From positions 20,212,001 through 20,276,000 of the forward strand of contig CM022667.1 in NCBI GenBank assembly GCA_012295275.1: a stretch of 64,000 bases of DNA, read 5' to 3'. The notes beneath the pieces are model-generated. The model saw only the letters and a list, made by a program, of their open reading frames with translations, did not search any database and was not told the origin of the DNA. The DNA comes from Chrysomallon squamiferum. Its lineage: Eukaryota > Animalia > Mollusca. Within the stretch, counting starts at the first letter, position 1, and the number at the start of each line of letters is the position of its first letter. The position numbers and the translations under genes were made by a program. Shown here piece by piece: positions 1-13,233 of the stretch.

Positions 1-542
1 CTAAAAATCATATTAAACATTAAAAATAATATTACTGTAAAATTAAAGCAGATTAAACAAAGTTTTGGAAGTAAAATATAATTTAAAAATATATAAACAG
101 TTAGAAAAGATAGAATTTTAAAATTAATAATGTTTTTAATTGTATACCTTAAATTTGTTTTACAACTTCTATGAACTGATTAAAATAATAGGCTATATAT
201 TAAAAAATGAAATAAAGAAGAATGTTTTTCTACATCAAAAGCTTTTCAAATTTCTTTAAGTGAGGAATGTTTTCTTTTTGAAACAAACCAGATTATATAA
301 AAATTACTTTAAAACAATTACTTATTAAAAATCTATCTATTGTATTGTTTCTGAAATCAGCTGTTATAATCAAACACATCTTGACATGTGTATACTTACA
401 AAATCTAAATTAAAGAGAGAAAATTATAAAATTTAACTGAGCTTGAACTTAATGATAAACTGTAACAGGTACTAGCACTCTTTTGCTTAGAGCATGAATC
501 AAAGTTAAATCTTAGTTTAAAACTGACACATGGACAGTCTAC

Positions 543-702
543 CTTCTGGGTGAATGTCGACTATATGACCTTCTTTTCCATCCTTGGAGGAATCAGTTGG
601 AGACAGACCAGTAGTGGCAGTACTTGCCTCACCTGGACTACTTTCCTCAGGACTGATAAAAGCAGTCTGCTCAGTTACCGCCTCAACTCCTAACAACTTC
701 AT
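543..702 (-). CDS. Probable first coding exon of a downstream gene, likely a tandem KCC paralog (MKLLGVEAVTEQTAFI...IHPE)
   Basis: Coding-like composition; 160 nt ending at AAG|GTAGAC, phase 1; N-terminus resembles KCC exon 1b. The rest of the gene is outside the window. Confidence 0.5.
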
Positions 703-2290
703 CTCAACAAAACTGGATCTGATTTATTCTTTCACCTCTCTTAACTAACCTCAGCACACGAAAGAACATTTAAATAATATGTTTTTAATTTTCAATGGTT
801 AAATTTTTACAGATCCTTCTTCTGAAAGAAAAATGTTTCCTCGTTTGGCACTTTTAAAAATAAAACAGTAGAGAGCTCATCAAACAGTAATCCTCAGCAG
901 TTACAGAATGTTCCAGAAGCAGTTATGGATGTAACAGCGACACCACACACCTAGATCTCTGTTACTTTAGCCACTAACTGGGTGAAAAGATTCTTGGAAT
1001 AGTAATAATAACACTCAGTGCCTTCCTAACACATGGCTTCTCACATGCCTTTGTGCTGTCCTTTGTATGTTGACCTGTGAACATTGGCAAACATCCTCCA
1101 AGTAAAATTACATCTTATCAGGTCAGTGTTAGGCAGGTCCTTTGTGTGGCGAGAGAGAGAGAGAGCACAGCAAGTCTGTCAGTCATTGAACTGCTACGGT
1201 TACTATGATAAACATTCAGACACAAAACATATTCTTTGGTGTTTTTTTTTTTAAAATGCACCTTGCCAGTGCAGGAAAGTGAAACTTGTGCAATTATAAT
1301 TCAAATAGAATCATATTACAAACTGGCTGTGTTCACAAAAAAAATTAAAATAGAAAAAAGTTTTTCCAAAAGTGTGAATGAATCCTTTCCATATGACATG
1401 GCTTGCCAAAAAAATCAATAAATATCAGTTTGTACGTTGCAGGCCTTTGTGTTTGTGTCTCTGTTCAGACTGACACCACACAAACAAGTGAGAGTGGGCC
1501 ATTTTGACTTCTTTGTATCATTTCTCTCTCTGCGCCAATATTAACTTTGTTCATGAACAAAAATGAGTCATATAAGATCTAAATATATTGAAAAAAGTCC
1601 CCCTTAATCTATTATTATTCAAGCAGCATGAATATTTTTACTGAAAGGTTGAGCTGAACAGGAAAACAAAAACTTTCCACATATATATATATATATATAG
1701 AGTTATATATATATTTTATTTTTCATTTTTCTTCTGTTATCTCTGTCAGATATTTATTCATAATGTTTCACAAACTGTTCTATATTTTTCTCTCATTAGC
1801 TTATTTCACTGAACTCAGTTAACTTGCAGCGAGCTTGAAAATCACTAGGAAGGTTAATGTAGGCTGCACTAGACGATGCCTGTTGTGGAATTTTCCAACG
1901 CATCTATTTATGTTTAATTTACTTTTAATTTGCAGTGTGCGAGAAGTCACGTTAAAATTGATAACTAAACAGATGCAGTAATTTGATCTGAGATAAATGT
2001 GATAAATATACTCAGTCTTACTTATAATATATTAAAATAATAACTAAATTCTAGCTTTTAACCAGTAAACATGTAGAAATATATACAAAATTACTTAAAT
2101 AATAATAATAATAATAATTAATTAATTAATTAAAATTAACCAATAGTAAAGGGTATAATTAAATCTGCAAACTAATAATAATAATAAAAAAATAAATGAT
2201 AAAAATAAAAATAAATTAATAATAATGAACCAAAGTAATATTACAGTGTAGAAATATTAAACTAATTAATTTCATTTAAATAAAAATAAA

Positions 2291-2346
<56 letters not shown>

Positions 2347-4681
2347 TAATAATAATAATAAAATTAAAAATAACCATCAGTAAAGAAGTATAATAAAATA
2401 AATAAAAATAAACAAATAAATATGATAGTAAAAATGAACAGAGAAATTTTAAAATGGAAATGAGGAACTGAGGTGAAATGTCATTTTTAACAAAAAAAAA
2501 AAGTGGTTGGAATAAAAACTGTTTGTTATAAACTATGAACAAAGCTGTTTTTGATTTTAACTTTTAAAACAATGAACACTTCAAGGTGAAGTTATTTACT
2601 GATCTGTGGCACATTTCAGATAATTTTTTTGTTTACTTAAGGTTTCCTGTCATCTTAGGTTTAAGGTCAAGCTGGAGGTCATATGACAGTAGTTGGTAAT
2701 CATAAACTTTGCTCAATAAATCTTTTTGTAAACACACATACGTTTTTGAATTTTTTAAATTTACAATTTTTTTTGAATCCTTTGAAGGATCTGAAATAAG
2801 ATATTTTGTAATTATTTAAATCATTTAATGAAATTATTTGGATTATCTAATTTTTTTATTTTATTGAAATATTTACATTATTAACATTTTGTTATTTCAC
2901 AATAAAATATTTTTATTGTTTGTTGTACAAACAAAATAAAAAGAATTATATCAATACACATAGCAAGCAAGTTCAAATTCTTTTTTTATTTCATTATAAT
3001 ATGATTAATATTCAATTATATAACCAAAATAGAAAGAAAAAAGAAAGAAAAGAGAACTATACAAAGAAATAACAATAATAGGTAATGTTAAATTCTTTTT
3101 AATGTGATCACACAACAATGATGTATAGATGGGACACAGCAGGTTTGTAAAACATCTGGTTTATTTTGTCAACAAAACCATTTGTCAGTGCCAGTTTGAT
3201 GACAGTAAGTTAAACAATGGTTGTTATTTTCTTTTGAATTGTAAAATTGGTGAAAAACCTGCTGACACTCAACTTCATGGGTTTTGCTTTTAACACTCAT
3301 CAGCAGGAAATCATCATACTATCATACCAGGTCTTTGATAAATCAAAATGGGATGTTGTCTGGAATGTGAAAAAAAAACGTGCAGTCAGTGTAGACTCTC
3401 TACCTGTGATCAACAACACACTCCCTGTCAACAGATCAACACCTTCGTCACTAAACACTTCTGTAACCAGGCAGTTTTACAGGACATCTGCAGGACAGCC
3501 AGGTGAAGATAACAATAGCAAATAAAAAAAAAGACTGAAAAGGATACATGTACTTTTGTGTTTGCATCAAATTAAAAATAAAATGGTTCCAAGTTTACTG
3601 TTTCAGCAGCTTGGATCATCTGATACTGCGTCAGAAGCACGTTTCATTATAAACTGCGTTTTACTTGACTGACATGGCTGCAGTGTGCAGATCAGTTAGA
3701 GTGTGTGTAAAAATGAATTACAGGTTCCATCCTTGGTGAACCTAACACATAATTCCCATCTGATACCGACGTAACTAAATATTACATATACAATAACAAA
3801 CACTTGTTGAAATAGCATATTTTATTTGTAAGTAAACAATTTTACAAATTCCAGTTTGTTAACATAAATATATTAATTTACCCACAAAAAATAACTGCAC
3901 CAGTTTATCATTTGATATGAAGTGTGGTTATAAAATAAATTTAGCAAATTCTCTAATTTAATTTGGAGTAAAAATTCAGCTAAAAAGCTTAAATATAAAT
4001 TTTGCAACAAATTAAACTCAAAATCGAGCTGCATCTATTTGTGCCATGACTAGGAAAAAAAATTACAATGAAATAAATAAATCATTAAAAATTAAGTCAC
4101 CAGTTAAGAACACAAATGAAAGAGACAAATTTTTGAACAAATGTTATGCAAAATACGGATTTTAAACTATTACAATACAATCATTTTTAACAACATTCTT
4201 GTAATAGAAACAAAATATTGGTCAACAGATTTCAAAAACATGAATCAAATTACATTAAATATTTGTTTCCCTGTCTTTGTTTGCCAAATGTAGTTTTACT
4301 AAGCAGTATCTCATTACATGTTATTACAGATTTTATCTGGACTGTGAAACAGGGTGTGTGAACTTTTGAAATAATAAAAGAAAAAGAAAAAGAAATAAAG
4401 AAAAAGAACAACAAAGAAAATCCAATGATATGCAAAACATATTTTTAAATTTTAAATATTTGATTATGTTTTTGTAATAAAATATGCATTGTGAGTTTGT
4501 AAAAGAATAAAGAGAAAAAGTCTGTGTTGAGTCTAGGGAAGAAATGAGAAGACAAAAAGGGGAGATGATATGTCACATAGATATTCAAGTTACTTGATCT
4601 GACAAGAAATGAGAGATGTATCAGTTACAGTTAACAGGTATCTAAGGGAAAAAAGAAATAATAGTAATAATAATATGTATG

Positions 4682-4720
<39 letters not shown>

Positions 4721-6409
4721 GTGTTTAAAGTCAAAGACAAAATTGATCAGATTTCTTTACATTTATGTATGTTTATATTTATATACAAAATATGTACACA
4801 TTTTGACATGGAAATAAAAAAGAAAAGAAAAAAAGAATAATATTGTTATATGTTGATATTAGAGTTTTAAGACAGGAGTTATGGTTTTATATGTGGATAG
4901 AAGCAAGCACTAAGATGTGATCCTAGAACTGCCAGTATTACCAGTAAAGACAACAATATTCAATAATGAATATTATGTCTAACTGAATGTCACTATAAAT
5001 ATAGATAGTTTTACTGTGGATTAAGCACACAGATATCCAATACACAGTTAAATAAGTTAATATTATATATTAATATTATTTTCATTACTTATTACAGTGT
5101 TAATTATTAAATTAAAATGTTATTTACAAAAATGTCCTGATGTTCAAAATAACCTGGGACTTGAAGGTGTTTCTGTGGAATTATTTTGATTTAAAAAAAG
5201 AGAAAAATCTACAAGTCATAAATGCAGACCATGAACACAAAAAAAAAAGATAATAATAAAAAGAGTGAGTGAAATTAAAAAAGAAAATTGATATCTTGTT
5301 TTTCTCACAGTTCTCTGTAATAAATTTTAATACACCCTGAAAAAAAACTTGTCTCAACTGCATTATATTTAAAAATGACTAAATAAACTGTGAAAACTGA
5401 AAAAAAAAAAAAAAAAAAAATACTGCAAATAATCAAAAGCATTGAAAAACATTACTTGTGTGAATAAGTAGATACAGAATACAGAACTGAAAAACAAGAA
5501 TGTATCACAATTACCTGATCTTCGTTGTTTAAGTATTTTTCAATCGTACACTTTCAATCAGCAACAGTAACATTCTACCACACTGAAACAATCAGCAGCA
5601 GATATTTTAACATTCTGCTCCCCATAACACAGTGAAAGTCAGCAGAATACTCACTTTCCAGTCTCAAACAGTGCATAAGTGAAGAAAAAAACACACAACA
5701 GTTTTGTCTTTCATCTTTACTGAATCCTCTCCTTTTACCCACTTGTGAAGATCAATGGTACAGTCCAAATCACAATTTACAATAAGAATGATTTAATTTG
5801 TTCAGCTGCTTGTCTAAGATAAACTTACTATATATAAATATATTTAAATGAGACAGTCTGTTTTAATGTAGCAATGTGAAACAGTATATTAAAAAATATA
5901 TATACTAGATCAGTACTACCCTGATAATTCATAATAAAAATTTAACCGAGTAATGTCATGATAATAAAGTTTGTAACTTTTATGTTATTCATTACATCAA
6001 ACAAAATTTTTTGATTTTGTATATTTGTACAGATCCAAGTTATTCGTATAATAAATAAATAAAGTTTTTACACAACTGCTTTATACATAAACTATATAAT
6101 TTCTTATCTTCCTTCATCAGCTTTATTATTAAATCATTTTTATTTATTAAGTTATTTATTTTTAAATAAGTAAATATGAATCCCTGTTAAAAAGGGAGAG
6201 CATTCAGTATAATATTTACAGTGACAACTACAAACATCGGCAGATGTTGTGACCTCTCTAAATGCATGTTTAGTATGTACAGATCTCACAGATACATCTA
6301 CAGGTAGCTAAAATATAAATATTTTCAACTTGTGGAGAACAAAGATTTGCATGTTTTTGGCTTTGTTAATTTATGCACCTTTACAAATATAGGAAAAATA
6401 TCTTGTTTA

Positions 6410-6496
6410 ATAATAATAATAATAATAATAATAATAGTAATAATAATAATAAGAATAAGAATAAGAATAAGAATAAGAATAAGAATAAGAATAATA

Positions 6497-6549
<53 letters not shown>

Positions 6550-6566
6550 CAACTATAATAATAATT
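6410..6566. repeat. Compound (AAT)n/(AAGAAT)n microsatellite
   Basis: Visible directly; gives poly-I/N/L ORFs. Confidence 0.95.
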
Positions 6567-7409
6567 ACCTTAGATTGTTAATTAAAAAAAATAAATTATT
6601 CTATACAAATATGATATGTATGAAAAATCCATGCTGGTCTATAGTTATGAATATATAATAAAAATCTCCATTCTAATATTAACATATAGATATAAAAAAC
6701 CAGTTTTTTCAAAGTAACAACCATTATATATATATATATGTAGGTAGTAGCAATACAACTATTAAAAAAAATCTACCTATGGTTTGATTTCATGATTAAA
6801 CTATAATAAATTATTTGGCATCAAATTATTGAACTCTTTCACTTTTACAAACAACAAAATAAATTGATTTTAATACACAGGTTTGCATCTATTGAATGTG
6901 TATATACATTTACCATTAAAGATTAGATATAAAAAATATGTCTAACAAAAAATAATTAACTATTTTCAGCGGATGACTATGTGACAAACTTTGATGTTTT
7001 TTTCTACAACGACAAAATGCATCATCTAATAAATTAATCATAAATATTTTTCTGATTATTATTTTATGTAAAGCTAAGTAGAATGATTCTATAAAAATAT
7101 TTTTGTTCATTTACAATTCTTCAAAAATCTGTCCACAATAGAGAAATTTTTGGCTGGCAAGAATAAATAAATAAATTTTTAAAAATTCCTATTAATAAAA
7201 AAAAAACCTATTAAATATCTCCTAAATATATAAAGACAAAAATAATAAAATAGAAATAAATAAATAATAATAATATTAATAATAATAAAAATAGAATTTT
7301 GTTATTGCTGGAATTATAATAAAACACCATTCATTTTGATGCTCCAGTTTTGGTATTTGGCAGCAGTAATTTCTGAAAGATAACTGATATGAAAATCAGC
7401 CTGTTTCAC

Positions 7410-8318
7410 TCAGGAGTAAATTGTAATGACTTCTCTTCCACTTCCTCTCACCATGAGCACTCGTTCCAGTCCTTCTGTGAGAACTTCCAGATACTCCATG
7501 TCTAGTGACCATTAAGGTAAAAAATGTAAATTCATCAATTAAAAGTTACTGAAATGAAAAATATTTGATGTTTACTGCACATATTATTATTATTTGGTTG
7601 AACACAGTGGTTTTGCTAGCTATTTAACCAATGTTTCTTGCACAGTGAGTTTCACTTTGATTACCAAATGTTTGTTTAACAGCAGTTTAGATACATTTTA
7701 CAACTTAATAATCATAAATAAAAATTTAAAAAATCAGTACTTCATCAAGTTTACTTCAAATGTTTAACGAACAATTGAAAAATAAAAAATAAAATGTTAG
7801 ACTGACATTTTAAAATTATTATTATGTTTTTAAACATTTAAAAAAATGATATGAGGTTGTAAGATTTATATATATATATATATAAATGAGTGTAACTGAA
7901 TGACTAAAAATACTATACTTGTTATTAAAATAAACTATGGGCACAATATGATACCTTTATTAATAACAAAATAAATTTTTGAACAAATCAAAAAAAATAA
8001 ACAGGTTACATAATGTGACATTAAATTAATGATGAGGTCACTGTTGTTGTCATTTTATTTTGGTACCAAAGTGAAAAGAAAATTAGAATTACAAAGAAAA
8101 CAGGGGGGGTAATCAATTATTAATCTATAAAAAGGATACAGTTTTCATCTCCAGCTGTTTGTTTGGGAGGAGCAGGCAAGTTGAGAATGACAAGTTTAGC
8201 ATCGTGAGATTTATCTACAATGTGTTCGTTCAACCGTACTGCAGTGTGCATTCTCCTCACATTTTTGGTGTCCCTAAAAAAAAACACAGACAAAAAAAAT
8301 TAAATAAACTTTAAAAAT

Positions 8319-8354
<36 letters not shown>

Positions 8355-9264
8355 CACACACACACACACACACACAAACACAAACATATATTATATATAA
8401 AGAAGAAATGAATGAAAGAATAAATAAAAAGATAATTGATGAAGCAAAAATTTTAATGGTTTTAAAGAAAAGATTTCAAATAAATTAAAAAAGAGTCAAG
8501 AAAAACCTCAACAGAAAAGCCCCTGAACATTGCAAAATAATCACAGAATAAAAATTAAAACATTTTGGTGAAAAACTTTTAATGAATACACTGTCGCACA
8601 AACACACACAAACAGAACATTTATTTGGTGCTGTCTAAAATGAACAAAAATTTGCTTCAGTCCTTTTAAATGGAAACAGAGGCCTGCCCATTCTTAATGC
8701 CAACTGTTCTAGGATAGTACTGTCACATGACAACCAATATGAATTATTTTTATTAATTTTTAACCATAATAATTTTAAAAAGCAACAAAAACCAACATGC
8801 TGGACACAAATTATATATAATGATATGAAGAACATTATTAAGATTATATCTCTTTAATCAGAATTAATGTGCAATCCTGTTCTATACAAACACAAACATA
8901 ACCATGCAGAAAACAAATATATAAGAGTTAAAAAATCATGCATACAATAATTTGACATGCTGAACAAAATGCTAAATACTAAAGAAGAGATATAACTCTG
9001 CAGTCTCATAAAAAAGAGGTGTTTTTTTTTTAATGTTTTTCTTAGAATTTGAATTAAACATAATTATGTTGAAACAGTCTGGGGTATGCTGATTAGAATT
9101 ATAGATTATTCTGTGAACAGTACTCTGAATTACAGGAAACAAAACATTTACAACAAATTACAGTTATGAAAATATTTATAAATAACATAAAAATTTTAAT
9201 AATTTTTTCACTGATATACTGCTACTACATTTTAAGATAATTTCAACTGTTATTAACATTATTT

Positions 9265-9307
<43 letters not shown>

Positions 9308-9709
9308 TATTTTTAAATTTCACTTTATGTATATATTATTTTTAAATTTCACTTCTACTACTAGTACTATATTTTTTTTGGATATCCACTTTTACCAGCT
9401 ATACACAAATCTGTACTTTATTAATGAATACACAAATAATCAGTTATTATAGAGTGCAGGTGTGTTTTTTAGTCATGCATAATTATGCGAAAACCCCACT
9501 TAAAACTAGATACACTTTTCCACACAACATATCAAATTCTAAGTAACGGGTTTCATTATATCACTAAAGTGCTTAATTAATTCAGTCTAAAGAATAAAAT
9601 TAATAAAATACTAAAAACAAGTGTTTGACATGGAAAGACTTTAAAAAACACAATGAAAAGTATTCTTAATAAGATAAAAATAAAAAAAAAAAATAAAAAA
9701 AATAATAAA

Positions 9710-9749
<40 letters not shown>

Positions 9750-10627
9750 AAAAAACAGAATAACAATAAAAATAAATTAAAAAAAAAAAAAAAAATTATA
9801 CAACAGAATAACAAAAAATAAAGAGACTTCTCCCACTCAAAATCTCGACACACAACAATCATGATCCTGAATGCTACGAGTTTTCCACACCAAGCATTGC
9901 TTTCATATAAAACTCAGCGTTAGTAAAGAAAAAAACACAGAAAGAAACAAAAAGACAGAAAGAGAGCCTTACAACTGAGATATAACTGATCTGAAATAAA
10001 ATACGTACAACTAATATGTACAAAAAACACCCCACATAAAATACAGAAATACAACAAAAAATATAAACTTATTTAACATAGATACATAATTATCATTTGA
10101 GATAAATTAATGAAAAATTGAAAGTTAAGAAATTCAGTTAATATTTTTGGTTGTAATATCATTTATTTATTTATTTATTTTTATTGGAATGTATCTCATA
10201 TATTATCAATATATATAATGCTCACAATTCACAACAGAATAATTGAAAATATTTTGTTAATACTTAAAGTATATATTGTCTTGTTAAATAAACATTCCTG
10301 TTATAAAATATGATTAGTATATTGTGCAACATCAGAATTTTTGTTAAAAGCTCATTTATTCCACTTTCTTCATGTGAGTAGGTAAATAGTATGAAAAACA
10401 TTAAAATGAAACAGGTGAGTTTTAAAAAATATTGTATTTAAAAATGATGTATATAATATTTTTATTTTTTTTAACTTTTATGACAAATTACTCTCAAATT
10501 AATTTTTAGGCAAATTCCTGAAGTACTGTTTAAGGATGAATTTTCAAGATTTTAAATAATTAAAAAAATATATATAATAATAAAAAAAAAAAACAGAAGT
10601 AAAAATTAACTGAAAAATAAAAAAAAT

Positions 10628-10703
<76 letters not shown>

Positions 10704-12364
10704 AGCCAACACCAATTACTATAGAAAGCATGTTTTAAACTGTTTGTTAAGAAAAATATCTGTCTCTGTGTGTGTCTACTTACGGTTTCAGGTCAAGCAG
10801 CTGTTTGGTTATTTTCTTTCCATCCACGGGTGAGAAAGTGAACTGAGATTTGTCAGGACTCAGGTCAGTGAGACTCTCACTTGGTGTGAACCCTTCGTCG
10901 TGAATGACTTCCGGAGCATCAGCACCCTCCTCGTGGACTGTGTCCAGTTTGACACCTCGCGACGGCGATGCTAGATGAGCCCGGTCTATGATCTGCTGTG
11001 GCTGTAAATTAAATCAGTGAATAACAGACTTTGATTCCTCAGTGCAGTTAAAACAATGTGTGTTATGAAGAGTTGAAATGTAGAAAACAGTTCTGTTTAA
11101 AAAAGAATGGATACTAATAACATGCTTTTTCTAAATTATATTTATTATTTATCTGCATTTATTTAAAATAAAAATGAGAAAAGAGTACTGTTAGTAAAAG
11201 AATGGATATTAATATGCATCATTAAAATTATATCTATTATTTATCTCCACTGAGCATTTTATTTAAATACTGAAGAACTATCTTTGCCTTCCTAATATAT
11301 TTACAATAATTTCTGCTGTAACAATTTAAGAATGGAAAATGGAATTGCCATTTTATGACAAAAATGTACTAGTGTTTAGAATTTTGTATAGTTTACTTTA
11401 AATGAATCAAAAAAGAAAATCAGTTGAATCATATAAATGAATTAAAAAAGTTACTTACTTCCAATCTCTTGAGTCTGATATCTCGTAACATTTGTGTTCT
11501 TTGTTCCATCATCAGTGTTCTCTCATAGGTGTAGGCAGAGATGTCATTTGTACTCTGAGTGAAAAATAAAATCAGTGATCATTTTATACTCACAACATAC
11601 ATATACTTAAATAATTAGCAAAATCCTTAAGTACCGATGAATAACTTCTGTTCAAAATATCATAAAACAGCTCACCATTTCCACAACTTCAACATCGGCC
11701 TCTATTCTTAGCTGATACAAATACATCTTGAGGTCCTTCTTCATTTCAATAGAGTTATCTTCCATTTCTGAGACAGATCAGGACAATGGTAACAATTTCA
11801 AAGCTCAGACAAACATTTATATGACACCAGGTTTATCACAACAGCTAAAAAAAAAACCTGTAACTTTTTTAGTTTAGTTTAACTTTTATATGAATAAGAT
11901 TTCCCACTTTTATTTGTAATAATAATACATTTGTTTTCCCACTGAATTATCTCTCACACACAAAAGAAGCTCAGTAAAGGTGATGGTGTAAAAAGGATAC
12001 GTGCGACAGTGAAAATTCTCAGTTTGCAGTGTTTCCAGGATTTGTCTTGTCTTAGGAGGAAGGGAAGCAACATCAACAGTCCTCCATCATGTTCTCAGAG
12101 TTAAGGAAAAATGCAAACACAATTATAAAAAATAACAATAGTTGCTATAAAAAAAAATAATAAAAAAAATAAAAAAAAATCTTGATCAGGTATCATATTT
12201 GAGTGCATAATTAAAATTGACTATTTATCATAATTTATGTAAAATATTCAACAATGTTACATGGTTATTATTAATTAGATTCACTTAATATGGTAACAAA
12301 ACAGCAATAAAACAATGTTGATTTAGTTTGAAATGTCATTTGTATATTAATAGATAAGCTTTAA

Positions 12365-12436
<72 letters not shown>

Positions 12437-13134
12437 AAAAGAAACAAAATACAAAGAATAAATTTAGAAGGATATGCACTATCCACCAGACGTCTATAGT
12501 TCCTCTAAATTTTTCATGGTGATCTGGAAACTGGTTGATGCCTTTCAAAACCAGCAAAGCCAGCTGAGCTGCTTCAGTATTACGAATACTGTCTGTGCAA
12601 CAAAACAAAACAAATAAAACAATCACTTACAGAAAAATGAAAAAGAAATAATATAAAATATTCATTTTGTAAACTGTGATAGTCAATATTTAATGTTTAA
12701 CAAAAGTAAATAAACAATATTATTGTAATAACATGTTTTGAGTTTGATACAGACTTAGTACAAATATAGGTTGATGTCAGAGTTAATTGTTTTGTTGTAA
12801 TTCTCCTTCTCCGCTGGGCTATCATCTGAGAGAAAACCAGTAGTATGTGTTTATTGTGAAATCAGAAAATCTTTATTGTTAATCAGAAGAGTAAACTAAA
12901 CAATGGAATCTGTAGTTTCCTCTGGTGAACCATCATTTCAAAATCAGTGAATAGTTATTTTGTATAAAATATAAAAAGACAATCACCAATGAAGACTTTG
13001 TAACCTCGAACATCAGCTTCGTGTCTCCAACCGTACGGCCAGCCTATCACAATTGTGTTGTGTTTCAGTCCACCTAGGCCAGCATTCTGTATCCTGAACA
13101 GTCAAGTTTAGTTAAATGTTTCATGTTTTTCAAT

Positions 13135-13233
<99 letters not shown>

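Noticed and set aside
3538-3547. GTATCCTTTT on the minus strand as a fifth U12 donor
   Set aside because: No coding exon or convincing branch/acceptor pair; about one chance hit is expected in a window of this size and composition.
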